The translations under genes were made by a program, and so were the position numbers. A stretch of DNA of 60,762 nt, the filler included, from Dimorphilus gyrociliatus (lineage: Eukaryota > Animalia > Annelida), in the NCBI GenBank assembly GCA_904063045.1. It is 4 parts of 4 records of this genome, joined end to end, with 100 filler letters (N's around TTAATTAATTAA, not from the genome) between each part and the next. Parts side by side here need not be neighbours in the genome. Positions count along the whole stretch, not along the records: positions 41,604 to 52,578 come from CAJFCJ010000269.1; positions 52,679 to 60,762 come from CAJFCJ010000022.1; 2 more parts are not named here. One strand, written 5' to 3'. The notes under the pieces were generated by a model. That model was not told the DNA's origin, searched no databases, and saw only the letters and a list, made by a program, of their open reading frames with translations. Shown one piece after another: positions 48,522-60,762 of the stretch (the first letter of the stretch is position 1; the number at the start of each line of letters is the position of its first letter).

Positions 48522-48635
48522 GTTAAACTGAACACCAACATAAGTATTTATACCATCACCACAAAAAAAAAAAAAAAATTTTATATATAAAAAACATGAA
48601 AACAAGATGGCTGCCCTTGCACTAGCGCCACCTAA

Positions 48636-48827
48636 CTACATTTTTCTTTGTTTCTTTGAAGGTACTACTTCAAATTCATCACCTGATCTTTTGATTAGGA
48701 GTCTTTGTTGTATTCCAATATTGCTATTCTCTTTTGGAGTGCTTTCATATTGATACTCACCATCTTCCATATCATCATAGTTGTCATCATCTTCTTCCTC
48801 CTCAGTCTGTTCCTTGGTAGGGACCAT
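48636..48827 (-). CDS. Small acidic ORF copy 2
   Basis: Identical to 44527-44718. Confidence 0.4.
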   Translation of the reverse strand: MVPTKEQTEEEEDDDNYDDMEDGEYQYESTPKENSNIGIQQRLLIKRSGDEFEVVPSKKQRKM

Positions 48828-49093
48828 TTCTTTGTCTGACTAAGTTGTAAGAACTGTTGAAGCTCACTTGAGCTCTTGGAGCTCTATTGAGTTCATGAGC
48901 TCTACTGAGCTCTTGGAGCTCTTGGAGCTCTACTGAGTTCTTGGAGCTCTACTGAGCTCTTCAAGGTCTCCTGTGGTATTGGAGCTCAACTGAGCTACTG
49001 TAGCTCCTTGGAGCTCTTGGACCTTATTGTAGCTAACTGTAGCTTTTGGAGTTCCTTGTAGCTTGTAGAGCTTGTTGTAGCTGCTGAAATTCA

Positions 49094-51370
49094 TTACAGT
49101 TCTTGGAGTTCACTTTGGCTTTTCTGGAGTAGAATTTTTTCTATGTGTTTTTCCATCATCTCATCAACCTTCTTATTGATAAGCCAGTGTCTGGTAGTAG
49201 TTGGGATCCTAAAGGCAGTTATTGACTTATACATTTGGAAGTGAGAGCTGTTAGGGGCTAGCTGGTGGATTGTTCTCTTGACTTTCTCAGCTATTAGTTG
49301 GGCTCCATTGTGTTGTGGTATGAGGAGTGGTACCATTTCCTTGGTGGTAAAACCTTCATGTTTATTAAGACCATGTGGGAACAGTGTATCCAAATGGTTG
49401 ATGATTTCAGTTTCTTTTCTCATTAACCAAACTATTACTGAGCTCTCTGTGAGTTCCTTAGGAGCTACAGCAGCTATGTAGATCTTGAACTTCTTGATAT
49501 CATGTGTTGCCATATGGTTATATAGTGGTCTATCTATCTTGTTTTTGAAGCCCAAATTATGGGTACCCCATCTACACTTGATAGTATCTGTAGTCATACC
49601 CACATATGCTAACCCACACATAGAGCATTGTAGGATATAGACACAACCCTTGGTGTTACAGTTAATGCTTTGGGTTAAGCTCCAAGAGTTGACCTGGTAT
49701 AGGTCAAATACCTCATCTCTGGAGTCCAGTCTGAGGCAAGTATCACATCTAGTGTTACAACATTTATTGACTTTATACCTCAGTGCCTTTTTTTCTTCAG
49801 CTCTGGTGTTGAATTTTTTAATGGTGTCCCTCCCCATTCTCCAGGTGTAGCCATTGACTTTATTGATTCTAATGAGATCTTTGAACTGTGAGATAGCCAT
49901 TTTGGGATCTTTGCAGTTTCTCATATATCTAGTTAGCTGGCTCATTAGGATACCTCTGAATGTGTGTGGTGGATGATTGGATTTGGTGTGTAGCAGTATT
50001 CTGGAGTCAGTAGCCTTAAAATGGGTTTCCCAGGAAAGAGAGTTCCCTAGTATATGTAGGTCCAAGTCCAGAAAAGTACTTGATTTAGGGTTCTGGGACC
50101 AAGTGAGCTTGATATCTGGATTTCTGTTGTTTAGTCTTGTCTGGAACTCCATGATGTCCCTGTCTGGTTTAGTGACCAAAATGATATCATCAATGTACCT
50201 GCCATAGTACTCAATGTCCTCTGTAAAATCTGTGACCAATTCGTGTTCCCAGGTGTGTAACACTATGTTTGCATATGCTGGACTAAATGGAGCTCCCATA
50301 GCTGTGCCCTTTATTTGCAGGAACCTGTGGTTCCCAAAGGTGAAATCATTGTTGTTGAGACAAATCCAAAGGAGTTCCAAGATTAGTTCATCAGGTCTAC
50401 CTTCATGGTAGTGGGTTAACATGAACTCTTTAACAGCTTTTATGCCCCATTGAGGGTTAATGCTTGGGTATAGAGCTTCTACATCTGCTGTGAAGATCCC
50501 TCTGTTTTGCCAATTATGTATCATAGATAGTTTGCCAATGCAATGTTGGGTGTTTTTAACATAGCTAGTGGTACTTTTTTGCCATTTTGACCAGATAGTG
50601 ATCAACAAATTTAGATATTTTATATAGATCAGAGCCTACATAGCTCACCACTGGTCTCCCCTTGGGGATCCTATATGGTACTCTCCATTGGGAGCTGTGT
50701 TTATGAATTTTAGGTAGGAGGTAAAACTTTCTATCTCCTGGGCTATTCTGTGGAGCCATCAGAGTTGCTGTAGATTTGGTAATAATTTTCATTGTAACCA
50801 ATTCATTAAGGATTTCATTTAACCGGGTCCATTGGGTAGAGCTTATTTTATTGCTGACCTGTTTGTAGGTTGTTCTGTCACAGAGCTGTGTCATGGCTTC
50901 AAAGACATAGTCCTCTTTGTCCATTAAGACAATCCTTCTTCCTTTATCAGCTGGTTTAATGATAATGTTAGGATGATTGTTGAGGAAGTTTTTCATTAGG
51001 CCTTGATTTTCAAAACCCTTCTGGGCTCTATTAATTTTTTCAGAGCCCTTTATAATGTCATATATCCTGTCTGTGATATGGTTAATTTCTGGAATATGAC
51101 TAGAGGGCATGTAATTTAACTCCCTCATTAGTTCAGGTAGAGATGGTGCTTGTATGTCAAGAAGTTTTTTCTTTAGTGGATTATTTCGAAATCTTGGTGT
51201 ACCATTTTTCTCAATGATCTTTAGCCATTTTAATGTATAATCCAAGATCCCTGTGAAGTGCAAGTTTATAAATTTATTTGGGGCCCAAGTCCAGGCAAAG
51301 CCTAGACCTTGTGCCATAGTGTTCAGGCAAGAACTCTTGATGTTAGAGTTCCTACATAGGTTAAAACCAT
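49094..51370 (-). CDS. PLE ORF2 copy 3, split by homopolymer indels
   Basis: Extra T in a T-run at about 50575-50580 and a missing A at about 51365. Otherwise identical to the 758-aa ORF. Confidence 0.88.
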
Positions 51371-51441
51371 ACTTGGTTCTGTTTTATTGATAAAAACATG
51401 TTTAAAAACATTATAATTGTTATGCTGTTGTGCTTGAAGAG

Positions 51442-52224
51442 TTAGGAGTTTCCCTGGTCCATAGTCTCCTCATCAGCACTCATTTTCTCTGTAATTCCTT
51501 TAAATAAGACAGTCATGATTGCCAATTCCTTTCTTAGTTCTGAGATTTCATCCTTAGAGTTCTTGTAAGGTTCTTTGTGTCTGGTTTTGTCTGCTGGTTT
51601 CTTGGATCTCTGTATGGTAGGGAGCTCTTTGAAATTTTCATGGAGCTCTCTATTGAAAGAGTCATCTAAGGGAGCTTTTAGATTTTTGGTAACCAAGTAT
51701 ACACTTTCTTTAAGTTGGGCCCAATTAATCTTTTTGCCATATTTTTGTATCGATCTGGTTTTGGCTACTTCAATAGCTTTCTTAACCTCTGATTGATTGT
51801 AATTTTGCTGATCATTTTTTATCTTGTCCCTCATTTTAGAGAGCCTCTCATTGAGCTCCTCCAGCACCACTCTATTTGTTTCTCTAGCACAAGTATTGGC
51901 TATTTCATGTAGTTGGTTGAGTCTTTCCCCAGTGATGGGACCTCCTGTGATTCTAATTGAGTCCATCATATCCATGGCCTTTTTGGTCCAAGGGTTATAT
52001 TCCTTAAGTCTCTCAATCTGGTGAATAGAACTGTAAGTTTTACTCATAGCTCTAGTCAGGGCTTTTTCCTTGTCACTTAGAGAACCTTTAAAACCATTTG
52101 CATCAGGTGCAGTCTGGCTCTTTGTGACTTGTACCCATCTGGGTTTGTCTGGAGCTCTGGAGTAGGGTGTCTTTCTTCCTGTTTTTTTTGTTCTTCTAGG
52201 AGCTTGGTTTTGTTTAGGGTCCAT
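51442..52224 (-). CDS. PLE ORF1 copy 3
   Basis: Identical protein. Confidence 0.7.
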   Translation of the reverse strand: MDPKQNQAPRRTKKTGRKTPYSRAPDKPRWVQVTKSQTAPDANGFKGSLSDKEKALTRAMSKTYSSIHQIERLKEYNPWTKKAMDMMDSIRITGGPITGERLNQLHEIANTCARETNRVVLEELNERLSKMRDKIKNDQQNYNQSEVKKAIEVAKTRSIQKYGKKINWAQLKESVYLVTKNLKAPLDDSFNRELHENFKELPTIQRSKKPADKTRHKEPYKNSKDEISELRKELAIMTVLFKGITEKMSADEETMDQGNS

Positions 52225-52578
52225 TGCCAAAGTCTGTACTGGGTAGGTTAGGGTTTGGTAAGGGTTATGGGTTAGGCCACTCACACAACTCTGGTAATGT
52301 TTTTGGGAACTGGTTAGCTAGTGTTCCAGTGTAATACCTAACTTTTACTCAATGTTAGGTAGGGGTTCTCCTTGGTCAGGATTATAGATCTGGGCTCCCA
52401 GTCTTAGTCAGGTTTTGGGAACTGGTTAGTTGGTGTTCAAGGGTTCTACCAATTTTCCAATAGGTAGGAGTTCTCTATGTCTGAGCTCCTTGGTGCTTCA
52501 GTGCTCTGTCAAACTCTTAGTCTTATTCAATAACAATTAAATTTTTCTTTTTCATCAACTTTTTATTTTAAACTTTAA

Positions 52579-52678
52579 NNNNNNNNNNNNNNNNNNNNNN
52601 NNNNNNNNNNNNNNNNNNNNNNTTAATTAATTAANNNNNNNNNNNNNNNNNNNNNNNNNNNNNNNNNNNNNNNNNNNN
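52579..52678. other. Assembly gap with TTAATTAATTAA linker
   Basis: 100-nt N spacer. Confidence 0.98.
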
Positions 52679-53413
52679 TTTTTGTAATGTGCCTTCTTTG
52701 CGGTTTCATCATTTCTTAGATTCACACAATGGAACTTAACTTATTTCGTGCGATAAGGTGGAATTATCCAATTGGAACAAAAAAAAGAATGTTCTATTTT
52801 TCGAATGTTCCCAAAAAAAAGGTAATAATTCTTAATTTAAATGGAATAGTAAACAATTTCAACCGGAAATAGTTTTAAATTTTGAAAAAAATCTTAAATA
52901 CTTTATCTAAGTTCAAGTAGCTGTTGCTAATTTACAGGAAGATCATTATGGAGGATTTTGCGATATGAAAATTTCTGCCATTAGTGATAATATTTATAAC
53001 AGACACATTTTCTCCTATAATCAAGAGACTACAACTAAAATTACAAATTTGTATTATATTAATATGATTCCTACAACTCATACACATCCAAGTAATGTTG
53101 AAATTTTTTATGTATATCCGTCGTTAATACTAGTTTCAAGTAGCTCTACTCTATAAAATTTTATTGTCATATTCCTTTTGCTGACTTTGTGTTTTTTCTC
53201 CCCAGTCAATTTAGCAATACTTGATTCAAACACACTATGACAATGTCGATGTTAATCATGAATAGTTTAAACAATGGCCTGTTAATGTATGTATCTAAGG
53301 TTTAGGAAATATAGAATATACATATTCTTTGTGTTGTTTTTATTAGGAAATACTAGATATCTTGAGAGAAATGAATTAATCTAATATGAATAAACAACAG
53401 GTATATCTAAACC

Positions 53414-55156
53414 ATGGAAATAGTTAGTTTCTTTAATATTTTCAAAATGGCTACCAAACGTTGTTTTACAGCGAATGAAGAATTAGAATGTTCTATTTGT
53501 TTTAATTCTTCTTTAGAAAATGACTATAAGGTATTTTCTTGTCAACACACCTTTTGTTTGAAGTGTTTAGATGAGTTTCAAAAGGAAAATTGTGAAATTA
53601 CGTGCCCAAAATGTAAGCAAAGCTGTATTCGATCTGATGAATGGATAAACCAACCACAAAATAATATTTTATGTAAAGAACATGAGCAGGAATGGTTAGT
53701 TTATTGTCAAATGCACAGTATGGGAAGAAATACATGCATATTATGTAGGGAAGAAAATTATAAGAATTATAGAGATTTTTCCAAAGCGAAACTTAAAGAA
53801 AGACAAAATTTAATTGAATACTGCTTATCTGCTGAAGACATAAGAAAAAACTCAATAAAAATAATTGATATGTCGAACAATAAAATTGAAGATAAACAGC
53901 TGAAAAATATACAAGAAATTATCCAGTCAACTGAAAAATTAATGAGAATTCATTTGAAGGATTGTGCTTTAAGTGATGGAGATTGTAAACAGATTGGCAA
54001 GCTTCTGAAAAGTTGTTCAAAAATAGAAACAATCAATCTAGGATATAATGATAACATAGGAAATGGGTTAGAAAGTATATGTGAAGGACTTTTTCATTCG
54101 TCAAATACATTGAGGCAAGTTAATTTTGAATTGTGTAATGTGAATGAAGAAGCTTGTAGAAAGATAGGAAACCTATTGAAAAGATGTTCCAAAATAGAAT
54201 CAATTAATCTAGGATATAATGATTGCATGGAAAATGGCATAGAAAATATTTGCCAAGGACTCTTCCATTCACTAGACACTTTAAAGCAAATCAATCTTTG
54301 GTGTTGCAACTTGAATAAAGAAGACTGTGAAAAACTAGGAAATCTATTGAAAAGTTGTTCTATAATAGAACTAATCAATCTTGGAGATAACGCAAATATA
54401 AAACATGGATTAGAAAATATTTGTGACGGACTTGTTCACTCTTCAAATACTCTAAAGCATATCAATTTTGAGTCCTGTGATCTTGGGGAAGAAGAATGTA
54501 AAAAGATTGAAAATCTGTTGAAAAGTTGTCACAAAATGGAAACAATCAAAGTAGGATGGAATACAAATATTGGAAATGGATTAGATAACATTTGTCAAGG
54601 ACTTTTTCATTCTAAAAATACTTTAAAGCATATCAATTTCGATAATTGCAAATTGAATGGAAAAGAATGTAAAGGGATAGAAAATCTGTTAAAAAATTGT
54701 CATAAAATGGAAACAATAAATCTAGGATGGACAATAAATATGGGAAATACTTTGGAAAATATCTGCGAGGGTCTTCTGTATTCAAAAAATACTTTAAAGA
54801 ATGTCAATTTTAATAATTGTCAATTAAATGAACAAGACTGTAAACAGATAGGAAACCTGTTGAAAAGTTGTTCAAATATAGAAACAATCAATCTAGGATG
54901 GATTGAAATTAAGGGAAATGGAGTAAATAATATTTATGAAGGACTTTTTCATTCATCAGATACTCTAAAGAATGCAAGTTTTCAGTTTTATAGAATAGAT
55001 GAAGAAGGATGTAAAAAAATAGGAATCTTATTTGAATATTGTTCCAAAATAGAAACAATCAATGTCCAAGCAGCAAAAAGCAAATCTTCTCAATTTTCCA
55101 ATTTCCAATTGCAAAGAGATGGAAAAAATACATTTCAAATTTTGAAATCAAGTTAG
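53414..55156 (+). CDS. Single-exon RING (C3HC4) - B-box-like - RI-type LRR protein (580 aa)
   Basis: CSIC..CQHTFCLKC..CPKC, then CKEH..YCQMH..CILC, then about seven 57-aa units (IETINLGYN.NIGNGLE.ICEGLFHS.NTL..VNF..C). Confidence 0.9.
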   Translation: MEIVSFFNIFKMATKRCFTANEELECSICFNSSLENDYKVFSCQHTFCLKCLDEFQKENCEITCPKCKQSCIRSDEWINQPQNNILCKEHEQEWLVYCQMHSMGRNTCILCREENYKNYRDFSKAKLKERQNLIEYCLSAEDIRKNSIKIIDMSNNKIEDKQLKNIQEIIQSTEKLMRIHLKDCALSDGDCKQIGKLLKSCSKIETINLGYNDNIGNGLESICEGLFHSSNTLRQVNFELCNVNEEACRKIGNLLKRCSKIESINLGYNDCMENGIENICQGLFHSLDTLKQINLWCCNLNKEDCEKLGNLLKSCSIIELINLGDNANIKHGLENICDGLVHSSNTLKHINFESCDLGEEECKKIENLLKSCHKMETIKVGWNTNIGNGLDNICQGLFHSKNTLKHINFDNCKLNGKECKGIENLLKNCHKMETINLGWTINMGNTLENICEGLLYSKNTLKNVNFNNCQLNEQDCKQIGNLLKSCSNIETINLGWIEIKGNGVNNIYEGLFHSSDTLKNASFQFYRIDEEGCKKIGILFEYCSKIETINVQAAKSKSSQFSNFQLQRDGKNTFQILKSS

Positions 55157-55810
55157 CTAAATTTTCAGAATTCAATTCAATATTTTTTAATTCACAGTCT
55201 TTTTGGATCTGCACACGCTCTCAGTATTTTTTTTTTGTATCAATAGCTTTGGTCCGAATAAAATCAAAAGTAAGAGATATTTTCTTGAAATGTACTCAAA
55301 AAATGATCTTTTGCAACATTTGCTCTTGTATTATCAAAATATATTTAAGCTCTTATTTGCCAATTTAATAAAATGAGACACATGACTCTTTTCACATAAG
55401 TAATAATTTTTCTAAATACATCTAGTAATTGAATTTCTTTGACTCTTTCAGTAACATTAACCATTTCAGTGAAAATCATCCAATACATCCCATTTGTTAA
55501 TTTTCAGTTTTAGGATTATGTGAGCTTTCAATAACAGCTTAGCTTTCCAGTAGTATATTTCTCTGCACTCTAGTCAGAAATGCTTGACAATTGCTTATTC
55601 AACAAAAAGTAGAAAATGAAGCTGAAACCAGAAAAATGACCACACATTTTCAAAATGGTGGTAAGGTGAAATTTACTTAGGATCTTGGGAAAGAAATGAT
55701 CTAAGAATATTTCCTTGTCAGCATAAAATTTGTATTAAATGTTTACAGCAATTACAAGATAAAAATGACCAAATAATCTGTCCAAAATGTAGACAAAATA
55801 TCACAACATT

Positions 55811-56090
55811 GTACAACTTTGGTTATATTTTACATGCTTGAACTCTATTATTTTATGCAACTTATACATGTACATCTTAAAACCTACGCAAGAAGATGCT
55901 ATAACATTGGCCAAACATAAGTCTGATTAGTCAGCTTGAAGGCTCATCCTTAATCACCAATAAAGGTTTGGCCAAGTTATAATTTAATTAACTTGCCTAG
56001 GGTGTGGCCAAGTTATAATTCAATTAACCTTCCTAAATGTTCAACCTTGTAACATCCTCTTACTAAACATAAATATGAACTACACATTTC
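55811..56090 (+). repeat. Family A repeat, left 280 bp
   Basis: Only about 7 substitutions versus 34021-34301, including the same internal tggccaagttataatt duplication. Confidence 0.92.
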
Positions 56091-57379
56091 AAATCGTATA
56101 TTTGACCTTTAAACAATAAAATATGGGAAATAATGTTCTTTTTTAAAATGTATATAAAACATATACTCACTTAAATCTATTTGTAGCCAACTATTATTCG
56201 TACTGGCAAATTTTACCAAGACTTTTCAATTCAAGCATTTTCAGCATAATAATGCGTTTTAGAGCTTTTAAACGCTGAATTAAGAAATTTCTTTTCATTA
56301 TAGATTCTTAGTATCGTATTGTTACAATATAAACAGAAGATAAGAGTTTTTTATTAAAGTACTCAGAGTTAGAAAAGAAAGAGTAGATGATAAACTAAAA
56401 TAATCTCCTTAGTTTGTTTAACAGAAAAATTTTCAATATATCAATTTTGCAGCTGAACATGAAAATTCTCTTAACGACATTTAGATCACTTTTTAGGATT
56501 ATTTTAACCCACATTCTCTTTAGGATTTTTATCATATTATCAAATAATCCTTTTTTGACATAGGTTCATGAATTCGCTTTGACTAAAATTTTTTCCTGAT
56601 GTCAACCTATAATGATGCTCTTTGCATTTCAAACTATTTAATTTTAAATTTTAACTTGTTATTCTAAATTTAGCATTATTTTGTTGCATTGGATAGACAT
56701 AGTGAAAATTAATTATGCCTGATGATTGAGATAATGAGATAATTCAAGGTTAGATTTTGGATTGAAAAAAGGTAAGGGAGACGAAGACAGCAACTTATTT
56801 GTTCTTAAGGAGGGTTCAATCACCGTGTTTGGCTTAGAATTAAGAGTCGTTGATTTGTGAACATTTTCTGTTGGACAAATGGAAAATTCCATCAAGTGCC
56901 TTTCCTGTAATTCTCAACTTAAGATTTGATATTTCTCGTTTGACAATAGGATTATTAGCTGATAATTGTTTACAATTTGGGAAAAAAATATTAATTGATA
57001 ATTTCATATACTATTTTCAGAAATAGAAATCAATAATTAAGGGGGGAAACTCTCTATTCATCATTTTACTGTTTAAATATTTATTCAAATATTATATTAG
57101 TTAATGTCACAATAGTATAGGTTTTTTTAATTCGTATTTATTGAAAATATGTAAATATAAATATTCAATACACACATACATGCATATATACAACAAATAT
57201 ATCATTCTTCTTACTTCCCGACAAAGATCAGTTTCCACAAAAAAACAAAAAGAATTTCATTTTCCTTCCTCAATGTTTAAAGATTTGTTCTTTCTTTTTA
57301 TATTTTACTATTTGGAATTCTATTTTACAAGTGAATTCTTTATTGAATTGTCCTTGTTATCTCTCTCTTTCTAATTCTC

Positions 57380-59720
57380 TCTTTTATTTGTTCTCTAAAG
57401 AATGCTGCAAATCTAACAATAATTGCGTACACTATTATGAAAAATGTGTTGAAGTCAAATGTGAAAGTAAGAACCCATATCAGGGTTTAATGTGTGAAAA
57501 AGGTAACTTGAATGATCAAGCTAATGATAATGATAATATATGTTATATTTTATAGTATTAAATTATGTACCTACAAAAGGGGATTGTATTATTAACAATT
57601 TGTTGAATATACACTGTCAAGCCAGTTTAAACATCTCGACTGTTATTATAAGTTGTCTTGAAATGTGCAACATTAATCAAGATTGTAGAGCTATTTAAAT
57701 TTTTGTGATTAACAGTAGAAAGGAGTATAGATGCTATTTTAAATCATCTTGCCAATATAAAAAATTCTTTCCAAATTTCTATTCAAAAGTTTATTCTATG
57801 GTTCATATTGGTAAATAAGAAATTATTCATTAAATGTAAACATAATTTGTTTGTTTGTTAAAAAGACACTTTTACAACAGATTTTTGCGGTAGTACAGTT
57901 TTTAATGAGGTAAGCGTCGAGAAGTGTTTAACTGGGTTAGTGGAGAGGATATTCAATATATCAAATTCTACTGTAAAAAATATTTGTATTCAAGATTTTG
58001 CAAAGTACAATATTGCTCTTCATAAATCAATAATTCATAATTATCAAGTTGCTTCTTCCGAGCATATTTATCACGAAAATCATTTAACTGATGGAGTAGT
58101 CAATACCAATAAAAAATTAGGTGGTTGTACAGAAATAATTGGTGATTTTAATGATAAATCTCAGATTTTTATCCTTATCCGTGTAATTCTGTAATAGAAA
58201 TAATCATAACTCCTCCAAATATTTCAGGTAAGATATTACAATATGAGAAAGTCTCCTCTTTCCTCTTTTCTTCCCTCTCACTCAATTCTCACCCCTCATT
58301 CTTTTAGGATACAGAAGAATACTTTCGCTAGCAGTTACAAATTCATCTATTCTGTCTGTAATTGACAATTACTGTGGCAATGATAATGATAATAGAATAA
58401 CCTTTGCTATATGAAACCGGATGCGACAGAAAACGACCACAAATCAGTGCTTTTACCCTAACCCTAACCCAGCCCCTGGCTGTACCTAACCTTTTCTATT
58501 ACCTCTAACCCTTAGAGGAGACCCTCCTAAGTACATATCAGTTGCTGTCTTCTTCCTAACCATTTCTCAATCCAAAATCTAGTCTTGAAATTTCTCAGTT
58601 GTGGACGTTTTCTGTCCACCCCTATGAAACCAAACAATAAAGATGCCAAAGTAGTATTCTTTCTGGTAATTATGTAAATATTTCTGTTATTGGGGCGTCC
58701 AATATAACAATTTGTGAAATTGAAATCTATACAAGTTGGTATCTTTGTTTCAAAAATAAAAATCATTTTAGTAAAATTCTCTTTATCTTTCTTCTCTCAA
58801 GATAATTTAGCTCTCAATGGAGATTCATTTGTGATGAGTGTAAAAGAAAATGGAAACTCCTATGAAAAATATGCTCTGATGGAAAAGTCTATAACAATAA
58901 ACAAATATTCATCTTTAATCAGCAAATCCAATTATTTTGCTGTTCATTTAAAAGGAAAATTTCTGATATATGATATCAAATTATTTCAGATCTCTCTTGA
59001 AAAAGTATTTGATATCTCAATTACAAATAGAATATCTTCATTGATAATGATTCTACTAAGGACGAACATTGTCTTCACTCAGAAAGTACATTTTTCAATG
59101 CAGTTATCATTTGTAGCCATCTCTACATTGGTGAATTTGTTGTTATCCAGAAAACGCATTCTACCAGTAACAGAATGGTAGTAGGAAGTATTGAAATCAC
59201 TGGACTTTTCATTGCTGAACCAAGTAAAAGTTTTGTCTTGTTTTCCTTTCTCTCTCTTATCATGAAATTATTACTACAAAAACTTGCATATATTTTCTTA
59301 TTTTCTTCAATAGCTCTCGGAGTGTTTTTGAGTCTTTATTCAATGATTTACCTTTCATCTATAGATTATAGGGAGATAATAGGATTTTATCAAATGATGG
59401 ACAATCAATTAAAATCAATTCGTATAAATCATAAAATATCAATGGTAAAAAATTTAAAGAAACTTGAATGAAAATGGTGACAAGAGATTTTGTTTAATGA
59501 CAAAATTTCATAAATTATGAGTAATATAAAATGACAGCGCTATTATGTAACTCTTTAAAAAGTCTTACACAAACCAGAGTTTATCAGATTAGTGTCTTTT
59601 ACAATCCAAGCTTCCATTATTCTTTGGTTAGTAAATTTGAGTCTTCTAGCCGCATTGATGATTAAAAATACATTAAAAATGTTAAAGATTGGAAAACACT
59701 TGTACTCGATTTCTAATCAA
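57380..59720 (+). pseudogene. Heavily decayed coding remnants: EGF-like, PAN-like and possible ionotropic-receptor-like TM segments
   Basis: CCKSNNNC..C..YQGLMC; SCLEMCNINQDCRAI..RCYFKS; EPSKSFVLFSFLSL..LGVFLSL; SIILWLVNLSLLAALM..IKNVKD. Many stops and frameshifts. Confidence 0.3.
58419..58622 (+). mobile_element. 204-bp MITE
   Basis: TIR gacagaaaacgaccacaa / ttgtggacgttttctgtc and a perfect 9-bp TSD tatgaaacc. Confidence 0.94.
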
Positions 59721-60382
59721 CATTCTATTTTATCTTACTCAAAGATTTTACATAATGGATAAATCGGTTGGAAAAGTTAAATTCTGTTCAACAAATTTAG
59801 TAAAAGAAAGGTAGTTTAGCAACAAGTCAAAAGGGAAAAGTTTGTAATAAATTTCAATACAACAGATATGGATATCAAAACTTTTAGGATTTATTACTCT
59901 ATTCGTTCCTTTTAAATTCATAACCACCAATTTTGACTGCTCATGTTTTATTTTTTAAACAAAGTTTTAGACAGAACATACCTTTAAATTCCACCACTTT
60001 ACATCTATAAACTAATTTGTAAAGCATGATTATAACTGAAGATTTTTCCTTTGAATATTAATTAAGCATGTGTTATTGTTTCTAAACCAAAGAAAGTATA
60101 CATATTATTTCATAAACTGCATCTAGTAATGTGAAATTTCACACAAAAATATATAAAAACTGGTAGAAAATATATTTATCTATAAATTCTGAAAAAAAAG
60201 ATATCTGCCAAGAAATCAATAATTCCGCTTTGGGAGTTAGTACAGCTAGCGAACAAGGACTTTGTCCCCCTAGTGGACAAATTGAGAGAAAATTATTTTT
60301 CTGATTTCCTAGTTTGTAAATCTGTTTGTATAGATATATACTGAAGACATCCTGGCTGTTTGCTTTCCTATGATAATCGAAA

Positions 60383-60762
60383 ATGGATAAAAATCAAATG
60401 TGTGAGGTAAAAATAAAATATCTTTAATCATAAAAATTTATGCAAAAAAAATCCATGTTAACTATGACGAGGATTGATGATGAATAAAAGAAAAACATAA
60501 TAAAGATGCTAATCACGTTACTACTAAACAGTGGAAGTATCTTTATGTTCCATTTCTCTCACACAGTACGAAGTTGTTAGAAGTGTTGGTGTTAGAGAAC
60601 CAGTCGTTACTTTTAACTATGCAAGTAATTTTGAAAATGAAAGAAGAGTTGAAAATACACCACCATCCACCATTGTTAAGAGATATACTAAAGTTGGTTG
60701 TTGTTGTTGTTCATTGTTATTTATATTCGTTGCATGTTTTATTTTCATAAAGATATATCTCT
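60383..60762 (+). CDS. Putative 5' end of a type II membrane protein gene, running off the window
   Basis: ATG exon 60383-60406 (MDKNQMCE), GT-AG intron 60407-60566, then an open frame ending GCCCCSLLFIFVACFIFIKIYL. Confidence 0.4.

Larger units (their letters stand above)
41604..52578 (-). mobile_element. Head-to-tail tandem array of Penelope-like retroelements (Neptune-type), unit 4108-4109 bp, about 2.7 units visible
   Basis: Identical ORFs recur at offsets of 4108/4109 (44067, 48175, 52284; 44985, 49094). Both ends run into gaps. Confidence 0.96.

Noticed and set aside
1-60762. tRNA or rRNA genes
   Set aside because: No cloverleaf with A/B boxes and no rRNA-like conserved segment was seen.

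Overview
AT-rich eukaryotic (invertebrate animal) genomic DNA with very short GT-AG introns (about 50-70 nt). The gene content suggests a compact lophotrochozoan genome (inference only). Three 100-nt scaffold gaps, each holding an artificial TTAATTAATTAA linker, split the window into four contigs. Host genes are mostly immune- or sensory-type and many are decayed: a multi-exon GRL101-like LDLa-LRR-7TM receptor with an extended ectodomain, a secreted 2xCBM14-TSP1-3xC1q gene with one in-frame stop, three ribonuclease-inhibitor-type (57-aa unit) LRR loci (one RING-B-box-LRR), and C-type lectin, LDLa, PAN and kinase-like remnants. Mobile DNA comprises a mariner remnant, three MULE (PHD-FLYWCH-DDE) copies, a 205-bp MITE family with 9-bp TSDs and a TTAGGG/G4 core, and a 600-bp solo-LTR-like repeat. 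The main finding is an 11-kb head-to-tail array (41604-52578) of near-identical 4.1-kb Penelope-like (Neptune-type) retroelements. Each unit carries a separate basic coiled-coil ORF1, an RT-GIY-YIG ORF2, two small downstream ORFs, a telomere-like tract and a minimal hammerhead ribozyme placed to cut array transcripts into unit-length monomers.
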